From: Candidatus Woesearchaeota archaeon
GTDB taxonomy: Archaea; Nanobdellota; Nanobdellia; Woesearchaeales; SKIA01
Direction of reading: 5' to 3'
Length of the DNA stretch: 64,000 nt
NCBI GenBank assembly: GCA_047602905.1
Contig: JBLKOP010000001.1
Coordinates: 26,773 to 90,772 of the forward strand
Position 1 is the stretch's first letter, and every line of letters starts with the position of its first letter. The notes beneath the pieces are model-generated. The model saw nothing but the letters and a program-made list of their open reading frames with translations, was not told the DNA's origin and made no database searches. Below are positions 18,550 to 25,002 of the stretch, piece after piece. A program made the position numbers and the translations under genes.

Positions 18550-18954
18550 ATGGACGTAAAGCTTGGAGAAGCAAAACACAATAACAGAATACAAGACCAC
18601 GTACACCTAAGCGTACAAGCAGCAGAGAAGTTTCTAAACCAACAACAAGCAAACCCCAAACTCATTCAGCAAGTACTTGCTTGCGTACACGAGCACCACC
18701 AAACAAGCTGGAGTAGCAAAGAAGCAGAGATATGCGCTAACGCGGACTGCTACCGATTCCTAGACCTAAACAACTGGCTCTCATTTATACACGAGCAAGG
18801 AAGAAAACAACAACCATACACAGAAACACTTGCTTTAGCAATACAGAAGTTTGAAGAAAAACGCGCGATTCTTTCACTGCAGATTTGCAAAGAAGAACTC
18901 AAGGAGCACCAACGAATCATTCAAGAACTTATCGACAAGATGAAAACCTTATAA
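18550..18954 (+). CDS. HD-domain-like protein (divergent motifs)
   Basis: DHVHLS ... ACVHEHH ... ICANADC spacing resembles H..HD..H..D of HD phosphohydrolases. Confidence 0.3.
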   Translation: MDVKLGEAKHNNRIQDHVHLSVQAAEKFLNQQQANPKLIQQVLACVHEHHQTSWSSKEAEICANADCYRFLDLNNWLSFIHEQGRKQQPYTETLALAIQKFEEKRAILSLQICKEELKEHQRIIQELIDKMKTL

Positions 18955-18973
18955 ACAACACACAAATAACAAC

Positions 18974-19044
18974 CATACAAAGCAGCCATAGTCTAGTGGT
19001 ATGATACGGCCTTGCCAAGGCTGAGGCCCGGGTTCAATTCCCGG
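18974..19044 (+). tRNA. tRNA-Gly (anticodon GCC)
   Basis: Acceptor GCAGCCA/TGGCTGC, anticodon stem CGGCC/GGCTG with loop TTGCCAA, T-arm CCGGG-TTCAATT-CCCGG; followed by T-run. Confidence 0.75.
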
Positions 19045-19103
19045 TGGCTGCATAACCCTTTTTTTTCGAAGAACTTAAAACCTAGTTACTCTCTTACTCC
19101 TGT

Positions 19104-19706
19104 GTGGTATACAGCACGCCTATACTTGCTTTAACAACGCTTACGTTTTGCGCAGCAGCAGCGTTGCTTGTAGGAGCGTATAAAGCAAACAGTGTTCTTC
19201 GTAACAGCACTAGTAAAGCGTTTCTTGCAGCGTTTAGCTTAATTACTCTTGGTCTTGGGATGCGCTTATTAGTTGAGACGCTGTATTTGCCAACGCACAT
19301 TCTTGGCTTGGAAGTTATGGTTCTTCCTATCATGAGTAACTTATTCTTACTCTCCGCGTACACAGTGCTGTTATTGGTTGCTGAGAGAATTCGTAACGCA
19401 GCAACAAAGATTCTCTTTGCACTATTACTTGTTCTCGCAGTTATCTTAAGCACATACCTACCTGCGGTGATGCACGTAACCACAGCTACGTTGTTATCTC
19501 TTCTCGCGTACCGCTTCTACATGAACTTCTTACAGAAGAACTCCGTAAACGCGCTTATTGTGTACGTAGCGTTTTTGTTATTGCTAGTTGCGCAAGTAGC
19601 AGCAGTATTTATGAACACAAGCTTACTTGCTCATTACGCGTACCTCGTCCTTACACTTCTTGGCTACTTCGCACTGTTTGTTATGCTGTGGAGGGTGCGT
19701 CAATGA
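19104..19706 (+). CDS. integral membrane protein (6 TM)
   Basis: Hydrophobic throughout; overlaps next gene by ATGA. Confidence 0.4.
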   Translation: MVYSTPILALTTLTFCAAAALLVGAYKANSVLRNSTSKAFLAAFSLITLGLGMRLLVETLYLPTHILGLEVMVLPIMSNLFLLSAYTVLLLVAERIRNAATKILFALLLVLAVILSTYLPAVMHVTTATLLSLLAYRFYMNFLQKNSVNALIVYVAFLLLLVAQVAAVFMNTSLLAHYAYLVLTLLGYFALFVMLWRVRQ

Positions 19707-19954
19707 AGAAGCGAACCAAACGAGAAACGCTTGTGGAAATGCTTGAAGTACTTGCTGAGAAGCCACGCAAACCAACGCACCTCATGTACAAAGCAAACCT
19801 TAGTCATCCACGAATGAAAAAACTCTTAGAGGAACTTACCGAAAGTAACTTAGTCGTTGAAGGAGAGGAAGAAATTCGTATAACCGAGCAAGGAAGAGCG
19901 TTCTTGCACGAGTACAAAAAAGCACAGGACTTGTTTGATAGCTTTGGAATATAG
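19703..19954 (+). CDS. winged-helix transcriptional regulator
   Basis: RETLVEMLEVLAEKPRKPTHLMYKANLSHPRMKKLLEEL resembles a wHTH; 4-bp overlap with upstream membrane gene. Confidence 0.4.
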   Translation: MKKRTKRETLVEMLEVLAEKPRKPTHLMYKANLSHPRMKKLLEELTESNLVVEGEEEIRITEQGRAFLHEYKKAQDLFDSFGI

Positions 19955-20001
19955 TTGTCACTACTACTAAGTTTATATAGTTTTGTTTTGTTCTTTGCAT
20001 A

Positions 20002-20652
20002 ATGCCAGAAAAAGCACCTCCTAAAGCATCACTAAAACAACACTTCATAGACACTACTTCACTTGCTTCAGAATCAAACCCTCCCTTTGCAGTTGTGGAA
20101 CTCGTATCAGGAATGAGTGCAGCAGCGTCACTTGGAGCAAAAATAAGTGCAACAACACTAGGATACTTGGGACTTGCAAGCCTATACTCAAAAGGAAGAG
20201 ACACCTACATGAAATACTTCTCAATTCCAGAAGATAAGCGAGCAAGACATGATGTGGCATATACGTTTGGCTTTAACGCAGCATTTCTTCCTGTACTATA
20301 CACAGCAATGACGCTTATAGCAGGAGAACCTGTAGATCCAAAAACTATTGGGCTAGCATCTCTTACAGGATCATTTCTTGGAGCAGCAAACGGGCCATTT
20401 CTTGGCTACGCAATAGATGTAGGTAGAGACCTAACAGGACTTTCTGAATGCAACAGGAAAACGTATCCTGACTTTGTTAAACGACAACCACCAAAAATAA
20501 AAAAAGGAATATATGCAGGTCTCGTGGCTGCAAGCATAGCAACACTAGGGGCACTCTACTCAAACGCAGACAAAATACCAACAATCCCTTCGCTATTTGA
20601 GCAAACACAAACAATAGATGCAAAACTAACTTCGTTTACCAACGATTTCTAA
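20002..20652 (+). CDS. hypothetical protein
   Basis: ORF; Gly/Ala-rich, partly hydrophobic. Confidence 0.3.
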   Translation: MPEKAPPKASLKQHFIDTTSLASESNPPFAVVELVSGMSAAASLGAKISATTLGYLGLASLYSKGRDTYMKYFSIPEDKRARHDVAYTFGFNAAFLPVLYTAMTLIAGEPVDPKTIGLASLTGSFLGAANGPFLGYAIDVGRDLTGLSECNRKTYPDFVKRQPPKIKKGIYAGLVAASIATLGALYSNADKIPTIPSLFEQTQTIDAKLTSFTNDF

Positions 20653-20694
20653 AAACAAAGCCTTATAAAAGAAGTGCGATTTGCACGTAGTTAT

Positions 20695-20793
20695 ATGAAG
20701 AGAAGTTCTCGACGTTGGAAAAAGAAAGGACAGATGCGCTGGAAATGGCAGCGCAAGCGCATGAAGAAAGAAAAGCGCAGAAGAAGAAGACGA
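20695..20793 (+). CDS. rpl41e: ribosomal protein L41e (32 aa), absent from ORF track
   Basis: Hand translation MKRSSRRWKKKGQMRWKWQRKRMKKEKRRRRR matches the archaeal/eukaryal L41e basic peptide; TATA about 20 bp upstream. Confidence 0.7.
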
Positions 20794-20854
20794 TAAGCAC
20801 TCTTCACACTACTTATTTTGCTACGCACACCAATAGATTGCTTTAGGTTCTTAT

Positions 20855-20878
20855 TGAAGAAGGTGCGTTTCTAAAATG
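20855..20878 (+). repeat. direct repeat copy 1 (TGAAGAAGGTGCGTTTCTAAAATG)
   Basis: 18-nt identical core plus AAATG shared with 22292-22315; retains coding potential HFRNAPSS on minus strand. Confidence 0.7.
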
Positions 20879-20898
20879 GTGTTTTTGGGTTAACGAAG

Positions 20899-21666
20899 CT
20901 ATTTGTTTGCTTGTAGGCGTTCTTTTACTTCTGAGAGAGTAAAGTACTTCGCATTTACTTGCATAACCTCATGAAAAGAAACTGGCTCTTGTAGAAGAGC
21001 TACCATGTCCTCATCCCATCTGTTGTAGAGTTTTTTTGCTTGCGAAAACATACGTATAACTAGCTCATCAGTGTTTTCATGCGCGCACTTTGTTGTTACT
21101 AATTGCATTGATATAGGAAGTTGGTGCTTGATTATTTGGTATATATCGTAGTGGTCTCGTGGCTTGTTTCGTTGTATAGTTGCAGCAACCTTTTCTGCGA
21201 TAAGCTCTTGTTTATCTAGACAAAATACTTCGTAAACAGGTATGTTCTCGTAGTAGTGAGATATTTGTTGTTTTTGCGGCTTCTTAAGTAGTGTTGCGTT
21301 CTCATTAAGATCAACGTATATTGTGTCTGTTGTTTGCGTGAATGTTTCGTACTCGCAGATGATACGAACAAACCCTTTCACGTCTTTTCCTGTTGTTATT
21401 GCTTGTATGAACGGTATTTGCCTGAGTAGTTGTTGTATGTCTTTGCGTGCTTGTTTGAGATTTGTTACAGTAAAATCTATGTCTTCTGAGAGCCTTGCAT
21501 GATTAAGAAATATTTTGTTTAGTGCAGTTCCTCCCTTAAAGAAAATGTTTTTTACATCTTTGATTGCGTAGAGTACTTGTGTGAGGTAGTAGTCTTTGAG
21601 GATTAGTCGCTGTGCGAATCCTGTTTTTGCTGCTGTTTGTATTATACGTTTCTTTTCTTCATCCAT
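20899..21666 (-). CDS. AbiEii-like nucleotidyltransferase toxin, second copy
   Basis: FFKGGTALNKIFLNHARLSEDIDF; start taken at MDEEKK because the annotated 90-aa N-terminal extension is low-complexity and overlaps the upstream gene. Confidence 0.6.
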   Translation of the reverse strand: MDEEKKRIIQTAAKTGFAQRLILKDYYLTQVLYAIKDVKNIFFKGGTALNKIFLNHARLSEDIDFTVTNLKQARKDIQQLLRQIPFIQAITTGKDVKGFVRIICEYETFTQTTDTIYVDLNENATLLKKPQKQQISHYYENIPVYEVFCLDKQELIAEKVAATIQRNKPRDHYDIYQIIKHQLPISMQLVTTKCAHENTDELVIRMFSQAKKLYNRWDEDMVALLQEPVSFHEVMQVNAKYFTLSEVKERLQANK

Positions 21667-22223
21667 TGTTTGGTTTTTTCTTTTGGTTCTATTCGTATGT
21701 TGTGTCCTTGTATTGTGTTGTTTTGTGCTTCTTGGAGTCTTTTTTTTGTCGTTTTTTTGAATTTGTATCTCGTGTTTAGTATTGTTGTTGTGTTGTTTCT
21801 TTTGTTTGTGTAAATATCTACTTGTTGAGGTATTTGGTCTGTTAGATTGTAATAATTTGCTGCTGCCCACCCTCCTATGAAGTAGTCTTGTGAGTTCATC
21901 ATCTCGTCTGCTATAATAAATTCGTGCTCGTACCATGTGTTGTTTGGTGCTTGTATTGGTAGGAGATAGTATTTGTTTTTGTTCAGTTTGAGGATGCGCT
22001 TTTTTTGTAGAAGACGGTGTATTATGTAATAGAGTTGTTGTTTGTTTGTTGCGTGGTGTTTGATGTCTTCTTGTGTGAAGAAGTACTGGTTGTTGAACTC
22101 AAGTTCTTGAATGATGCGTACTTCTCGTTGAGAAAGAGAGGAAATATCATTATTTTTTGACATAATCAAAGATAAGTGATGTTTATTTATAAATGCAGGG
22201 GTTTTTTGTGTCTGTGCAAACAT
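21642..22223 (-). CDS. AbiEi-like antitoxin, second copy
   Basis: Upstream partner of AbiEii-like gene, 25-bp overlap; TATA about 29 bp upstream. Confidence 0.45.
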   Translation of the reverse strand: MFAQTQKTPAFINKHHLSLIMSKNNDISSLSQREVRIIQELEFNNQYFFTQEDIKHHATNKQQLYYIIHRLLQKKRILKLNKNKYYLLPIQAPNNTWYEHEFIIADEMMNSQDYFIGGWAAANYYNLTDQIPQQVDIYTNKRNNTTTILNTRYKFKKTTKKRLQEAQNNTIQGHNIRIEPKEKTKQWMKKRNV

Positions 22224-22288
22224 ACGCTGAACAAAGAAATACTCATTTATAACGCGTTTTGCTGTATGTGTCCAGTGTGTCCAGTGGT

Positions 22289-22573
22289 TTATGAAGAAGG
22301 TGCGTTTCTGAAATGATTTTGTTGCTGCTTTCTTCGCTGAATAAGTCGTTGTAACTTAGCATTCATCTTTGCGCGAGTATCGCAGCCTTGAAGCTCTTTG
22401 TGCTCGGTATGCTTAAGTAAGGTATTATCTCCAAACGAATCTCTTAGACCATCCCGGTAATCATCCCAATCGCTATACGTAGGGGTTATGAAGTAGTTAG
22501 TTAATTGGTGTGTAGGAATTGTTTGTTGTGGCGTTACGTACCCATTTCTTCGCCGATCCTTTTTTGTGACCAT
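22289..22573 (-). CDS. hypothetical protein (94 aa)
   Basis: ORF; C-terminus ...NHFRNAPSS encoded within repeat copy 2. Confidence 0.3.
   Translation of the reverse strand: MVTKKDRRRNGYVTPQQTIPTHQLTNYFITPTYSDWDDYRDGLRDSFGDNTLLKHTEHKELQGCDTRAKMNAKLQRLIQRRKQQQNHFRNAPSS
22292..22315 (+). repeat. direct repeat copy 2 (TGAAGAAGGTGCGTTTCTGAAATG), overlaps 3' end of gene 22289-22573
   Basis: See copy 1; the two copies bracket the second AbiEi/AbiEii module. Confidence 0.7.
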
Positions 22574-22783
22574 GAACTCATATTAGCAAAACAAGTCTTT
22601 TATGTGTTATGAATTACTTCTGGAGTATTTTCGTTTTTTACGGAAACAATTCGTTTTTCTTAGCGAAGAATATTTAAATATCAACACGCACTATATATGT
22701 ATGGTGACAGGCGGTGCCTGCTCGCAAGAGTAAATCTGTGATTATTCACAGAACGCCGCAAAAGTATTCCCTGTCTTTGCCTC

Positions 22784-22996
22784 GTGCAAAGGCAAGTATC
22801 TTATATTTCCAAGACAAGAATATCTGTTTTTATTGATGGAGCTAACTTCTACTATGGGGTTCGTTCAATCAATTCACGCTATACAGACTTCAAATTTGAC
22901 TTTGCTGCATACGTACAAGATCTTTTTGTATCATGTTCTCGTTTAGATTCTTGGTTACTAATGATAAAGGGATTAGTTCTGACTTGGTTCGTGTAG
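22784..22996 (+). CDS. NYN/LabA-like domain fragment (possible gene remnant)
   Basis: ISVFIDGANFYYG matches N-terminal NYN motif of the full-length paralog at 23668-24243; only 70 aa. Confidence 0.35.
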   Translation: MQRQVSYISKTRISVFIDGANFYYGVRSINSRYTDFKFDFAAYVQDLFVSCSRLDSWLLMIKGLVLTWFV

Positions 22997-23245
22997 TGTC
23001 AAGTTCAGCTCTGTAAGGAGGTCTCGTTGTGACTTCTCATATGCGTTAATTACTGCTTCTCGATCAATGGAGTTTGTTTGTCCAGCTCCTTTTTGTAGTG
23101 CGAGTAGCTCTAGCTGTTTTCGTTTGAGGTGCTCGCGTAATGCTTCTAGTATGAGTTCTTGACGGTTAAGATAGCCGCAGTGAGTGGTGATTGCTTGTGT
23201 TTGTGTGTGCAGGTGTTTAGGTATGGTGAGTTTTACGACAGGCAT
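22973..23245 (-). CDS. ribbon-helix-helix (CopG/Arc-like) protein
   Basis: MPVVKLTIPKHLHTQ...ELILEALREHL; paralog of 27929-28192. Confidence 0.45.
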   Translation of the reverse strand: MPVVKLTIPKHLHTQTQAITTHCGYLNRQELILEALREHLKRKQLELLALQKGAGQTNSIDREAVINAYEKSQRDLLTELNLTLHEPSQN

Positions 23246-23667
23246 AGTACTTGATAGTACTTTGAAGTACTTAAATGTTTTCTCTTGTTTGTTATGTTCT
23301 TTGCGATGCAGGCTTGCTACGTGCGCTCATATAGCTTGTTTAGTGGGTGAGTTGTTGTGTTGAAGTCTTTTCTGTATAATAAAAAGATTTTAATCGTGAT
23401 TGTATAAAAGATTGTGTTCTTCGAATTAACAGATGATCTTCCTTGGTCTGGGAAGTCTGTGTATAGTTTCTATTATATGAGAAAGTTATAAAGATATCTC
23501 TTTATTTCTCGAAATTTGTTTTAGGTGTTGCTTTGTTAGCAAGAGTATTCCGTGTTTTTGAAGTATTTACGAAAAAGCATACATAAGGCTTATAAATTCC
23601 TGTGTGCTTTGTATACATAACATGATCCCTATTGATCCTACGTGGGTCAATAGATGTTTTTATTTTT

Positions 23668-24243
23668 ATGAAACAACACACACTAGTCTTTATAGATGCA
23701 GGCTTCTTATCCAAGCTCTCAAAGCACTTTGGGAAAGGAAAGCACATTTCCTTTGATATAGAGGCCTTTTCAAAAAACCTTGCTAAACAAGAGAACTTGT
23801 TTTGTAAACATATTTTTTACTATACGGCGCCGCCTTTTCAAAGCACTCCTCCTTTAGAGAATGAACGAAGAAGAAAAGAAAACTACGATGGTTTTATCCA
23901 AGCGCTATCAGCATATAAAACAATTACTGTTCGAGAAGGAAGAGTGCAAAAATTAGTTACGCCTACAACTACTGAGTACAAACAAAAAGGAGTGGATACG
24001 CTACTAGTAATGGATCTTATGAGGACGCCGCTGAAATACCCAGAAATACAACAAATACTCTTAATTGCGTGCGATAGTGATTTTGTACCGGTAATTACTG
24101 ACTTAAAGCAGTACGGGATACAAACAATATTGTACACGTACTTTGATAAAAAAAGACGCTCTCCCTTTTCAACCTCAAACGAGCTCATACAATCAGTGCA
24201 TAAATATGTACAGTTATCAAAAAACTCTTTTACTCAACTATAG
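23668..24243 (+). CDS. NYN-domain (LabA-like, PIN-fold) putative ribonuclease
   Basis: LVFIDAGFL ... KGVDTLLVMDLM ... IACDSDFVPVI pattern of the NYN domain; AT-rich composition unlike neighbours. Confidence 0.55.
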   Translation: MKQHTLVFIDAGFLSKLSKHFGKGKHISFDIEAFSKNLAKQENLFCKHIFYYTAPPFQSTPPLENERRRKENYDGFIQALSAYKTITVREGRVQKLVTPTTTEYKQKGVDTLLVMDLMRTPLKYPEIQQILLIACDSDFVPVITDLKQYGIQTILYTYFDKKRRSPFSTSNELIQSVHKYVQLSKNSFTQL

Positions 24244-24339
24244 GTGTGTTTTTTGTATCCTACTTATCAACAACTTTCTTAATAAAAATAGTTATATAAG
24301 TGCGTGATCTCCTGGTCTGGAAATCTCGCAATACTAGGT

Positions 24340-24640
24340 AGGTGTGCTTTGTTTATATGTTTTTGTATGTATTTTTTCTTTGTATCGTACTAAATACGTA
24401 TATTTGTTTGTTTTGTGTTTTTTGTTTCTTCTTTGTGTACGTTTATTCAGTTTGTTCTTAGCGCTTCTTTTTTGCTTATTCTTGTTTCTTAGCTTGTTTG
24501 TTTGTTTGTTTTTGTTGTTTTCTTCTTTTTTTTGCTTTTTTGTACGAAAACGTTTTTAGGTGTTTTTGTTTTTTCTTCTTTTTTCTTCTTTTTTTTGTTG
24601 GTTTCTTCTTTTCGGGTTTTCATACGTTATATGATTTTGT
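24340..24640. repeat. T/G-rich low-complexity tract with (TTTG)n and TTTTCTTCTTTT repeats
   Basis: Seen directly: about 300 bp with T over 55 percent on plus strand, microsatellite-like units. Confidence 0.7.
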
Positions 24641-25002
24641 ACGTGTTATTCATAGCGCTTATAAAGAGAAACCCCTGATTCGTTTCATGATGCAAAAAGA
24701 TACACATCATAAGCTATTTGTCACCGCACAGAAACAAAAGGTCTCTGGTGAGGAATTTGAGCAGTACAGACCCTGTACTCGCAACATAAGTTTTCGTTCG
24801 CGAAAACACGACGAAACGCTTATAAACCAAGTCGTATCCAAAGCATCACACAGACTCACCAGTCTGCAACGAAGTGTGCAAGCACAGGTCACTAACGTGT
24901 ACGCGTTTTTGAGTGCAACTTGCATGCAAAAAGCAAGTCAGACACGGTGCCTGAACGCACAAAGAGGCGTTCTTGTACAAAAAATAGAGGTCTAAAAAGA
25001 AA

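Noticed and set aside
24489-24623. 44-aa lysine-rich ORF (MKTRKEETNKKKKKKEEKTKTPKNVFVQKSKKKKKTTKTNKQTS) on the minus strand of the T-rich tract
   Set aside because: It is an inevitable translation of a poly-T/poly-A microsatellite-like region. It has no promoter context or conservation evidence, so I kept the region as a non-coding low-complexity repeat.
14500-24700. CRISPR array in the accessory region
   Set aside because: No regularly spaced 25-40-bp direct repeats were found. The only repeats are the single pair of 24-bp direct repeats around the AbiE module and the T-rich microsatellite.
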